Positions 1 through 8,296 of a stretch of 12,493 nt of DNA are shown in pieces. The stretch's first letter is position 1. The number at the start of each line of letters is the position of its first letter. Under the pieces are notes generated by a model. That model made no database searches and was not told the DNA's origin. It saw nothing but the letters and a program-made list of their open reading frames with translations. The position numbers were made by a program, and so were the translations under genes. Source of the DNA: Fibrobacteria bacterium (lineage in GTDB: Bacteria > Fibrobacterota > Chitinivibrionia > Chitinivibrionales > FEN-1185); contig JBBIGR010000073.1 of assembly GCA_037447435.1 (NCBI GenBank), positions 1 to 12,493 on the forward strand, in the 5' to 3' direction.

Positions 1-72
1 TAACTCTAAACACAACATATTGGGGCTACCCACAGAAACGCGCGATGCCCCAAAAAAAGATGAGGTTGTACA

Positions 73-780
73 ATGAGAAAGATATTTATTGCACCGATAT
101 TTTTGATTGCATTGATTTCCTCGAATTCTGCATTTCTTACCAATACGGGACCGGAGCAAAAAAGAGTGTTCGGGAAATCTATTGATGCTTCCGATATCAT
201 GGCCCCCCAAAAACTGCCAAGGATTGGTAAATGGATGTTTCAGGAAAATGGGGAGCGGGCAGACTGGCTGGGCGTGAAATGGAAGTGGAAAAAACTTTTC
301 GAGCCGATCAATATCGTATTTATCGATACAATTTCCAAGGACTTTAATGATGCGATATCGAGACTCAACGATAACCTGAAAAAAGCGGGTTTCTCCGAGA
401 AAAGTCATCATTCAAGCGGCTATATCGGATTTCTCTGCGATAGGTTTTATAATCAAATTCCAGCCCAAAAATATCGTGCATTCGCTGATGATTCTCCTGA
501 TCGTCCAAATAATCATGGACGAATTTTCGGCCCATGTCTCTACAAAGGAGCGTATGTTTTTATTGGCGCTTTCAGTAGGGAGGAAATTAATCCCTCGGCG
601 AAGATAGAGCATCAATACGGCTCTTTTTCTCAAGCACGCGACAAATTATCCCAAAGTTTGGTTACGTGCGGCACTTATAAAATCGAGGGACGTGTCAATC
701 TTGACAATGCTATTAAAAACAGCGATGATGCCACAACCGGCGATCACGACGGAGAGGCAACGGTTTTAAAACTTCGTTGA
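73..780 (+). CDS. Exported hypothetical protein, possibly LssY C-terminal-like domain
   Basis: 235-aa ORF, GAGG at 62-65 before the ATG, signal-peptide-like N-terminus (MRKIFIAPIFLIALISSNSA). Motif order EPINIVF...KAGF...NHGRIFG...FIGAFSRE...H...ARD resembles LssY_C-type domains (tentative). Confidence 0.75.
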   Translation: MRKIFIAPIFLIALISSNSAFLTNTGPEQKRVFGKSIDASDIMAPQKLPRIGKWMFQENGERADWLGVKWKWKKLFEPINIVFIDTISKDFNDAISRLNDNLKKAGFSEKSHHSSGYIGFLCDRFYNQIPAQKYRAFADDSPDRPNNHGRIFGPCLYKGAYVFIGAFSREEINPSAKIEHQYGSFSQARDKLSQSLVTCGTYKIEGRVNLDNAIKNSDDATTGDHDGEATVLKLR

Positions 781-898
781 CAATTCATCGTGTTCACGGT
801 ACCATTTTTTTGACGTCTGAACCGGCCACCTGTCCTCTCTTGCTACGCTTCGAGGGAGATATGGCCCGTTTACAAAGCCATAGCCTTTGGCCGCGTCT

Positions 899-2323
899 TT
901 ATTGCACACTCAACCGGTTTTCAACCGACCAGACTCCATCGGTTTGCTTTGCAATCCTGCCGGCTTCATTGTGTTGGGCCCACGTGTCCACTTTTCCCGT
1001 CAGAGTTACCTTACCATCTTTGACATTTATTATAATTTTCTGAAGTATGGGCCATGTCACCCAATTTGACGTCAGCCTGTCGTAAATGCGACCACTGAGC
1101 ACCTCATCGGAATATTGGGGTAATCGGTCCACAACAATGTAATCTAAAACATCTTTTACTCCTATTATTTCGCCTGCGTCTCTTTCAATTCTGGTTTTTT
1201 CATATTCTGAGTTGACATTCCCTTTAAGGGTTACGATTCCATCGATTACGTAATAACTGATTCGATCTCCGATTAAGGGATAATCCGAGGAAATGGATTC
1301 TTTAATGTCCATAAAAATGCCGATGTCGTCCCGCCAAATTCCTTTTACTTGTATCAAATTGTTGACCCATTGTACACCAACGATTTCGAGAGCATCTCGC
1401 TCGGCTAATTGTTTTTGAAAAAATGACGGTACAGTGCCTGTCAAGGTGACAATTCCATGTAGGACCTGTACGTGAATATCCTTGGGATTATCGAAACGGG
1501 AATCAAGTCCGAATTGGTTTCCTATTGCAACAAGCAATTCGGGATCCGAAAGTTCCGGTGGATTTCTGCGAACGCCTCCGGCTTTCGATTTTGATATTTT
1601 AAGGTCATTCTTGACTCCAGCGACATTGAAAATGCGCAAGGCATCTTGCTGTGCACGTTCTTTTTCAAAGGTGTTTCCAACCTCGCCGCTGAGAGAAACA
1701 AGTCCGTTTTTTACGCTCACGTCGATTGGTAATTCTGACAGATAGACATCATGAGCAAATTTAAGGAGAACATCCTCCCTGATATCTGGGTCCGATCTTT
1801 TTGTAGCAAATGAAATTTCAATATGGTTTTCGATCGATTTTACTCCTCGGACTTCTGAAGCAAGGAGATATACCTGTTCCTGTTCTGCGCTGGTTCCTAC
1901 CACACCGCTCAGAAAAACAATTCCATTTTCAACGCGAACACCTATGTTTTCAGATCGGATTATGGAACTACTGATGATTCTTCGTTTTATATCCTGTCGG
2001 ATTTCGGCATCGAGTCTGTAAACCGGTTTTACCGTGAGCTTGTTTATCACGCCGAGCACGCCTCTTATTTTTTTTGCCTCAAGATCGGCAAATTGCAGTT
2101 CGGCCAGGGTTCTTACCGTTCCGTCTAGTTCGACTATACCGTCAATTGATTTAACCGTAATGTCGGCCGATCGAACCCGGGGGTCTTCGAAAAAAGCTCC
2201 ACGGACCCGCTCGACTATGATTTCATCGGGCGTCGCTGCCGATACTATTAAAGGAATGCCAAACACGAGGAAAGTCATTCCAATGAACGATACCAACATT
2301 TTTCGAAATCGTGATGTTTCCAT
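899..2323 (-). CDS. Exported BON-domain protein with six BON domains (OsmY-like), paralogue A
   Basis: 474 aa. AAGGAG RBS at 2332-2337 and a signal peptide ending IVSA. Six repeats of D..I...V......V.V.(N/D)G.V.L.G.V....E...A.......GV..V.N.L.V. Confidence 0.93.
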   Translation of the reverse strand: METSRFRKMLVSFIGMTFLVFGIPLIVSAATPDEIIVERVRGAFFEDPRVRSADITVKSIDGIVELDGTVRTLAELQFADLEAKKIRGVLGVINKLTVKPVYRLDAEIRQDIKRRIISSSIIRSENIGVRVENGIVFLSGVVGTSAEQEQVYLLASEVRGVKSIENHIEISFATKRSDPDIREDVLLKFAHDVYLSELPIDVSVKNGLVSLSGEVGNTFEKERAQQDALRIFNVAGVKNDLKISKSKAGGVRRNPPELSDPELLVAIGNQFGLDSRFDNPKDIHVQVLHGIVTLTGTVPSFFQKQLAERDALEIVGVQWVNNLIQVKGIWRDDIGIFMDIKESISSDYPLIGDRISYYVIDGIVTLKGNVNSEYEKTRIERDAGEIIGVKDVLDYIVVDRLPQYSDEVLSGRIYDRLTSNWVTWPILQKIIINVKDGKVTLTGKVDTWAQHNEAGRIAKQTDGVWSVENRLSVQ

Positions 2324-2381
2324 TTTGATTTCTCCTTAAAAAAAATAGTACAATTTTTTTCGTTATCATTACTCAGCGTTT

Positions 2382-3890
2382 TCAGTGATTGTAAGGATAA
2401 TATCGCCATTGGTTTTCCGAATTTGGGACTCCAAGAACATCCGGAGCGGATACGCGAAATTTCTCCCACTCATAGTTCGCTCCTTTTACCAATAACCGGT
2501 TGTCGACGAGTCGTACGCCGATTGTGCGAAAAGCTATTTCCGCAGCCTCGGTGGATTGGGACCACGAATCCACTTGACCGGTGAGTGTTACGGTTCCGTT
2601 TCGTACTGCAACTATAATTTTTTCGGCCAAAGGCCAAGTGGCCCAATTACGTGCCAGGCGTTGTTCGACCCGTTCTTTTATCGCATTATCGATATCGCGA
2701 GGTTGCCAACTTATTGTGATATTGTCTACAATGTTTTGGACACCCAATACTCCTGATACGTCCTTTTCCGCTTGGGATTTTTCATAAGCCGTATTGACGT
2801 TGCCCAAAATGGTAACAGTCCCGCTGTTGACATACATAGTAATGTCGTCCCCTGTTAAGGCATAATCTGAACGAACCGCAAAGGTGACATCTTCATAGAG
2901 CCCCAAATCGTCCCGCTGTATTCCTTTAACGGCAATAAGATTACTTATCCAGGCCGTGCCAATAACCTCCATCGCGTCCTGTTGGGCCAGAACTTTCTGT
3001 CGCATGGTCGGCACGGTTCCTTGAAGGGTCACATGTCCGTTCTTGGCCTTGACACGTAATACCCAGGGCTTTTCAACACGTAAATCCATGGTTAGTTCTT
3101 CCTCAACGGATTTCGCAAGAGTTGAATCATCGGGAACTGTTGCTTTTGTTTTGACGGTGCTATATTCCCACCAGGCAACCTTAAGCATGTTTTTGACCTC
3201 AGTGACATTGGATATCATCTGAACATCTTTTTCGACTCGTTCTTTTTCAAATGCGTTTCCCACATCCCCCGTCAGTGTTACAACGCCGTTTTCAACCAAC
3301 GAATTTATGGATAGTCCGGTCAAAAAGACGTCACGTCTCAATTTTGCATCAACATCGGACTTGATTTCTAAATCGGAACGTTTGGATTTATTAATAACAA
3401 TGATATTGTTATCGACCGATACTACTCCGCGGACTTCGCCGGCCAAAAGCGATGCTTCTTGCTTTTCAGAAAAAGACGGAACCGATCCTGAAAGGACAAC
3501 CATGCCTTTGTCTACATTAACGGCAACGGACTGAGACGAAATCACTGCGCTGTTAATAATTCTTCGCCTGATAGATTGCCTGATTTCTACATCCGGGCCG
3601 ATGACAACAACGGAAAGCAAATTTACGACACCGAGTACCCCTTTGATTTTTTTTGTTTCCAATTCGGCATACTGCTTTTGGACAAGATTGCTGAGCTTTC
3701 CCGTCAGCGTTACAATGCCCTGGGCAGTAGACACATTTATGTCGGAGCTTGCGATATGGGCATCTTCGGAAAGCGCGTCATTGACCCAGAGAGTAATCGA
3801 TGCGTCGTCGGGTTGATTATTGGCAGAAAAAGAATTTATGCAAAACGTAATTACGATCATTCCTAGGGCTGTCGCGATCTTTAGATCCAT
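2382..3890 (-). CDS. Exported BON-domain protein with six BON domains, paralogue B
   Basis: Start moved from 3935 to the ATG at 3890 (MDLKIATALG..., 502 aa) because AAGGAGG sits just upstream (3898-3904) and a signal peptide follows. Six BON repeats plus an aromatic-rich C-terminal tail. Confidence 0.93.
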   Translation of the reverse strand: MDLKIATALGMIVITFCINSFSANNQPDDASITLWVNDALSEDAHIASSDINVSTAQGIVTLTGKLSNLVQKQYAELETKKIKGVLGVVNLLSVVVIGPDVEIRQSIRRRIINSAVISSQSVAVNVDKGMVVLSGSVPSFSEKQEASLLAGEVRGVVSVDNNIIVINKSKRSDLEIKSDVDAKLRRDVFLTGLSINSLVENGVVTLTGDVGNAFEKERVEKDVQMISNVTEVKNMLKVAWWEYSTVKTKATVPDDSTLAKSVEEELTMDLRVEKPWVLRVKAKNGHVTLQGTVPTMRQKVLAQQDAMEVIGTAWISNLIAVKGIQRDDLGLYEDVTFAVRSDYALTGDDITMYVNSGTVTILGNVNTAYEKSQAEKDVSGVLGVQNIVDNITISWQPRDIDNAIKERVEQRLARNWATWPLAEKIIVAVRNGTVTLTGQVDSWSQSTEAAEIAFRTIGVRLVDNRLLVKGANYEWEKFRVSAPDVLGVPNSENQWRYYPYNH

Positions 3891-3971
3891 AAATGATCCT
3901 CCTTGTCCGTATGAGGCTGCAAAATATGCAGGCAAATTCTTATAAGTGCCGCAATATCGAAAAAATTCGTT

Positions 3972-5543
3972 TTAAATGGAAAATGCCAAATAAAATAGAG
4001 TCGATCCCCGCTTGACTGATAAAAGCACTGAGTCGCCTTTTTTGAGGTTCTTGGTGATTTCGTCAAGCTGTTTCAATGATTGTATACTCTGAAAATCTTT
4101 GTCCTTGACCTTTATTTGTTCGATGATATCTCCCTCCTTAAGTTCGGCCTGCGAATCGCCAAACATGGATGGGGTCTCTAGAACAACAACTCCGTTATCA
4201 CGATCGGAGATGTTATATTTGTTTCTAAGGTCCGGTGTTATATTGGAAAGGGAAAGGCCTAACCGCTGGTTGGTTTCTTTTTTATTTTCTTCCTGACTGT
4301 TTTTATCCCCTTTTGTACCGTTGAGTTTTGAAATCATTTTTTCGGAACGTTCCTCAACTGTTAATTGAAGGGTCAATTCCTTACCATTACGCAGGATAAC
4401 GACCGGCACTTTGGAACCGGGTGGTATAAGTGCCACGAGGTTTCTCAGCTCATTTGCATTTTCGGTGTTTTTTCCCTGAATGGACAAAACGACGTCACCC
4501 CGCTTGATTCCAGCATTGTCGGCAGGCTGACCTTTGTAAACCTCACCAATGAGGACCCCTTTGCGTGAACCGAGGTTAAGGGCTTCCCGCATGGCTTTAT
4601 TAAGGTCCTGTATTGATACGCCTATCCATCCGCGCGTAACTTTTCCGGTTTTTATCAGGTCTTGCATGACGGAGTAAGCCATGGACATGGGGACGGCGAA
4701 TCCTATTCCCATAAATCCCCCGGTTTGCGTATAAATCATTGTGTTGATGCCGATGACTTGACCGTCAACATTGACAAGAGCTCCACCGGAATTGCCCGGA
4801 TTGATTGCTGCGTCCGTTTGAATGTAATTCTGATATAAGTTTGCGTTACCTACCTGGCGGTGAAGTGCAGACACGATTCCCAAGGTTACCGTTGAAGTGA
4901 AACTGAATGGATTGCCAATGGCAAGTGCCCAGTCGCCTGGTCGTAACTTCGTATCGTCGCCAAGCATCGCAACAGGAAGCTTTTCAACTTTTTCCTTGAT
5001 TTTAATGACTGCAACGTCCGACAGGGAATCGATTCCGACGATTTTTGCATCGAAAGAACGTTCGTCCGCAAGTTTCACTTGTATTTCACTGGCCCCCGCA
5101 ACGACATGGTAATTTGTCAATATATAACCGTCTGCCGATACGATCACGCCCGACCCCAGCCCTTGTTCGCGGTATGGATGTTTTTTTGGTAATTTAGGCT
5201 TGGCGTTACCGTGAAAATTGGGGTTTCCAAAGAAGAAATCAAAAGGACTGTCGAAACTGCTGTCGCTGAAAAAATTAAAAAAAGGATTTACCGATTCGGA
5301 CACCGTATCAATTTTAGTAAGAATAACCGAAACTACTGAAGGTGTTACTTTCGCGGCAATGTCGGCAAAAATTGTTCTGAAAGACCCGCTACCTTCAGGA
5401 AGTTGTTGCATAGGTTGTTGGACAACGGCCAATTGCACAGGTTGTGGATTAGGTGAATTGGAAGAGCACAGTAATGTCGAAGACATTAAGCAAACGATAA
5501 TAAGACTTTTTCTTGCAGAATAAAACAGAATGTTTTGTTTCAT
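3972..5543 (-). CDS. degP: HtrA/DegP/DegQ (Do) family periplasmic serine endoprotease with two PDZ domains
   Basis: GLGSGVIV, TNYHVV (His), SDVAV (Asp), IQTDAAINPGNSGGAL (Ser), GIGFAVP, then RGWIGVSIQ PDZ1 and LGLSLS PDZ2. Phe-rich loop after the N-terminal signal. degP versus degQ cannot be resolved. Confidence 0.95.
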   Translation of the reverse strand: MKQNILFYSARKSLIIVCLMSSTLLCSSNSPNPQPVQLAVVQQPMQQLPEGSGSFRTIFADIAAKVTPSVVSVILTKIDTVSESVNPFFNFFSDSSFDSPFDFFFGNPNFHGNAKPKLPKKHPYREQGLGSGVIVSADGYILTNYHVVAGASEIQVKLADERSFDAKIVGIDSLSDVAVIKIKEKVEKLPVAMLGDDTKLRPGDWALAIGNPFSFTSTVTLGIVSALHRQVGNANLYQNYIQTDAAINPGNSGGALVNVDGQVIGINTMIYTQTGGFMGIGFAVPMSMAYSVMQDLIKTGKVTRGWIGVSIQDLNKAMREALNLGSRKGVLIGEVYKGQPADNAGIKRGDVVLSIQGKNTENANELRNLVALIPPGSKVPVVILRNGKELTLQLTVEERSEKMISKLNGTKGDKNSQEENKKETNQRLGLSLSNITPDLRNKYNISDRDNGVVVLETPSMFGDSQAELKEGDIIEQIKVKDKDFQSIQSLKQLDEITKNLKKGDSVLLSVKRGSTLFYLAFSI

Positions 5544-5597
5544 GGCTTCACTCTTTCAATTAAAGGTCATTCATGCGGATTTATTTTAATCAGTGAC

Positions 5598-5612
5598 GCA
5601 ATAAATATGCCA
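5598..5612 (-). promoter_or_regulatory. Putative sigma54 (-24/-12) promoter for degP-BON B-BON A
   Basis: Minus strand TGGCATATTTATTGC: exact GG-N10-GC spacing, close to TGGCAC-N5-TTGC, about 55 nt upstream of the degP ATG. Confidence 0.75.
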
Positions 5613-5690
5613 TTGCCTTAAAAAAAGAGATAAAGTCCTTGTGAGGATAAGGGATATTCATCCAATGAGAATTTTAGCAGTATGAGGAAA

Positions 5691-5735
5691 GATTTTTCCC
5701 GATTTTAATAATGATTTTCTAAAAGTCGGAAAATC
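5691..5735. promoter_or_regulatory. Imperfect inverted repeat, candidate enhancer-binding-protein site (or S10 gene 3' hairpin)
   Basis: GATTTTTCCCGATTTTA-N12-TAAAAGTCGGAAAATC, about 80-125 nt upstream of the -24 element, a typical enhancer distance. Confidence 0.35.
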
Positions 5736-5819
5736 GAACTTATCTAATTTTAATTGAACGCATGAGAATGACACAAGGGCTCGGGTCGTTTATCAAATTT
5801 CCAAGTGTTCCGCGGAATT

Positions 5820-7397
5820 TTATTCCAACCCTCCTGAAGAATTAAGCACGAATTTTTCTACATCACCGGTGAATTGCCGTAATGAGGGAATGTGGGTGTA
5901 AAGTTGATGTCCCGACGGATATGCCTTCATCTGGATACGCTGCATAAACGAGCTATCAGAAGCCAAATGCTCGAAACCGTAGCGCTGTGATTCGCATGGG
6001 GTGACAAGGTCAAACAATCCCATTGCTGCAAATACTCTTAACTTTTTATTGACGCTCATTGCTTCTCGCAGCGAGGAGGACCGATCGACATAGCCTTGCG
6101 TAGAAGGCTCGGACCATTGCCATTGTCGATTGACATCCTCGGACAAGAAAACGTATTCAAGTGAAGTAGAAAATGCAAGATCTTTTCGCAAATAATTGTT
6201 TGTCAAATCTGTCAAAGGGGCTGCCACGACAAAAAAAGAGGGGTCACGGTATTCGTGCGGATCAACCGGGGGTGCGTTTATTGCCGTTTCCCTTGCGTCA
6301 AGTATTCCGATGCTTTGGTGTTGCCGTGCAAGCAACTGCCGGACAAAACCAAAGGGCGAGACACGCAAGCCGTGTTCAAGGACATAGGATTCGGGAAGTC
6401 CGGTAAAAACAGACAGGGAATCCGCAACGGTTTTGCGCTGCTCCTCAGTCAGTGCAGATCCTTTTGAAAGTCCTATAAGATATTTGCTCTCAGCCCATTT
6501 TCGTGCAGCTCCAAGTGTATGGTCCAAATCGGATTTTTCAAAGGCGGGTAATTGTTTGTGAAACCACGCTGCGGAGGCGTAGGAAGGAAGAGCAAGGACA
6601 AATGCCAGGTCATTGCCCGGATCAAAGGAAATAAATTGAAAATTGAGAACCGATGAAACAAGGATGATTCCGTTTACCGACTTGCTCATGTTGCTCTGCA
6701 AATATTGGCTCAGGCCCGCTGCCCTAAACGTTCCGTAACTTTCGCCTATAAGAAACAGGGGAGAAGTCCAGCGCTGGTTCATGGTAAGAAAGAGCCTGAT
6801 GAAATCAGCCATTATTCTGATATCGCTATTCACTGAATAGAATCGGTGCGCGTCGACGCCAAGGGCGCTTCTGCTATATCCGGTACCTACAGGATCAACG
6901 AAAACCAAGTCGGTAAACGGAAGCCAAGTATAGTCGTTATTCACCAACGTGTCTGTACCGGGAAGGCCAATGCCATTTTCCCCAAAAAGTGCGCGCTTAG
7001 GTCCTATTGCGGCTAAATGTAGCCACATAGAAGAAGCGCCGGGTCCGCCATTAAAAGCGAATGCAATGGGTCTTCGGTTGACTTTTGCCTCAGGCTGTTT
7101 GAAGTAAGCGGTAAAGAAGATGTTTGCAATGGGATTGCCCGCCGAGTCCACTATTTTCATGAGACCTGCAGTGGCTGTGTACCGGACTTGCTTCCCGTTG
7201 ATAGTTATTACGTGATTTGTGGTTACGAGAGTTTCCGCAGGTTGTAGACAGTGATTAGACGAGGGGGCATGACCTTGTTTGAGTGAATCAGGTACTGGTT
7301 TTGAGTCTGTCTTCTTTGCGGGCAAGGCATTGGAAACAAGGATCGCAACTACTATTAAGCAAATAATTCCAGCCAACGATTTCCGCGGTATTCCCAT
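5820..7397 (-). CDS. Peptidase S10 family serine carboxypeptidase, exported
   Basis: FNGGPGASS, DLVFVDPVGTGYS, GESYG (Ser), GLFDLVTP (Asp), YPSGHQLY (His). Start placed at ATG 7397 (or GTG 7406), where a signal peptide begins. The 7538 start overlaps the pal-like gene. Confidence 0.92.
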   Translation of the reverse strand: MGIPRKSLAGIICLIVVAILVSNALPAKKTDSKPVPDSLKQGHAPSSNHCLQPAETLVTTNHVITINGKQVRYTATAGLMKIVDSAGNPIANIFFTAYFKQPEAKVNRRPIAFAFNGGPGASSMWLHLAAIGPKRALFGENGIGLPGTDTLVNNDYTWLPFTDLVFVDPVGTGYSRSALGVDAHRFYSVNSDIRIMADFIRLFLTMNQRWTSPLFLIGESYGTFRAAGLSQYLQSNMSKSVNGIILVSSVLNFQFISFDPGNDLAFVLALPSYASAAWFHKQLPAFEKSDLDHTLGAARKWAESKYLIGLSKGSALTEEQRKTVADSLSVFTGLPESYVLEHGLRVSPFGFVRQLLARQHQSIGILDARETAINAPPVDPHEYRDPSFFVVAAPLTDLTNNYLRKDLAFSTSLEYVFLSEDVNRQWQWSEPSTQGYVDRSSSLREAMSVNKKLRVFAAMGLFDLVTPCESQRYGFEHLASDSSFMQRIQMKAYPSGHQLYTHIPSLRQFTGDVEKFVLNSSGGLE

Positions 7398-7516
7398 TTT
7401 TTTCACTTGTCTTCTCGATTCATTTATCCTGTGTGAGCTGGCTGCATTTTTCACAATAGGTTTTTTAGATGTACGAATAAAGCAGCCCGTTCCATTTTTA
7501 TAATGAAAATGATGGA

Positions 7517-8062
7517 CTATTTCCCTAAAGCCTTCCATTCATCGCGTCTGTTTTTTGAACGACAGTTGTCGTCCGCCACCGGACAATTTGGAACTGCCGG
7601 CCTTTCTTTCCCATAGGATGTGACTTCAATCCTGCTATCCTGTATTCCATATTTGACAAGAAAATTCTTGGCTTCCCTGGCACGTCTTTCTCCAAGCCCC
7701 ATATTGTATTCATCGGAGCCGATTTCATCGGCATTGCCTTCAATTAAAATACGGACCGAGGCATTATCCTGAAGAAAAGAAGCGATTTTACCAAGGGTAG
7801 TAATCGCTTGCTCCGACAAGTCGTATTTGTCAAAAGCGAAATAAATGGGAACGAAAATTCCTTTCATTTTTGCGTTGAGGTCTACAATGATAAAAGAGTC
7901 GTTCGGTGCTAGGGTAGGGGCTGCTTCTTGGGCTTTTTGGGCAGGGGCTTGAATCGTTGGCGTTGTTTGAGATTCTGTTTTCAGGACTTTTTTACTGCAT
8001 CCGGATGAAACAATTAAAACTGCGCACAAAAGTGTGCAAACAGTACCGATTTTGTAAAACAT
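7517..8062 (-). CDS. pal: Pal/OmpA-family peptidoglycan-associated lipoprotein
   Basis: AAGGAGG RBS at 8067-8073 before ATG 8062 (181 aa). Lipobox VSSG-C and a Pro/Ala/Gln linker, then IYFAFDKYDL, IEGNADEIGSDEYNMGLGERRA, SYGKERP, NRR. May be a paralogue rather than the Tol-linked pal. Confidence 0.9.
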   Translation of the reverse strand: MFYKIGTVCTLLCAVLIVSSGCSKKVLKTESQTTPTIQAPAQKAQEAAPTLAPNDSFIIVDLNAKMKGIFVPIYFAFDKYDLSEQAITTLGKIASFLQDNASVRILIEGNADEIGSDEYNMGLGERRAREAKNFLVKYGIQDSRIEVTSYGKERPAVPNCPVADDNCRSKNRRDEWKALGK

Positions 8063-8190
8063 TCCGCCTCCTTGAAAAAGTGTTTTAATGATTTTCAATA
8101 CATTAGCACAGTTTTAAGTTCAATCAAACCGAGGTGTATTGTTTTTTGACAAGAGTAATTGAAAAGTGCATTTCTCAGAACCATTATTTT

Positions 8191-8206
8191 AGCAAAATCC
8201 GTGCCC
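8191..8206 (-). promoter_or_regulatory. Putative sigma54 (-24/-12) promoter for the pal-like and S10 genes
   Basis: Minus strand GGGCACGGATTTTGCT: GGCACG-N4-TTGCT with GG-N10-GC spacing, in the spacer about 130 nt upstream of the ATG. Confidence 0.75.
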
Positions 8207-8296
8207 GGATCTGGTTAATGCGTGGTTCACTTTGGCTGGAGATCCAAAATTGGGGTCTATCGGAATAGTAACCATTGCTTTTATGACAATTCCTTG

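Noticed and set aside
20..53. TTGGGGC / GCCCCAA inverted repeat at the window start
   Set aside because: 7-bp stem with a 20-nt loop and no upstream context; could be chance.
824..866. Imperfect hairpin (GGCCA..CTCTCTTG / CGAGGGAG..TGGCC) between the convergent genes
   Set aside because: Several G-U pairs and bulges and no adjacent U-tract; too weak to call a terminator.
3891..3935. Longer ORF-track start for BON B (likewise 7538, 8098 and 9877 for S10, pal and BON C)
   Set aside because: The downstream ATGs place signal peptides at the N-terminus and mostly have better RBSs; the 7538 and 9877 starts also overlap upstream genes.
3932..3951. CGGCAC...TTTGC on the minus strand upstream of BON B as a fourth sigma54 promoter
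   Set aside because: Spacing is GG-N15-GC, not the required N10.
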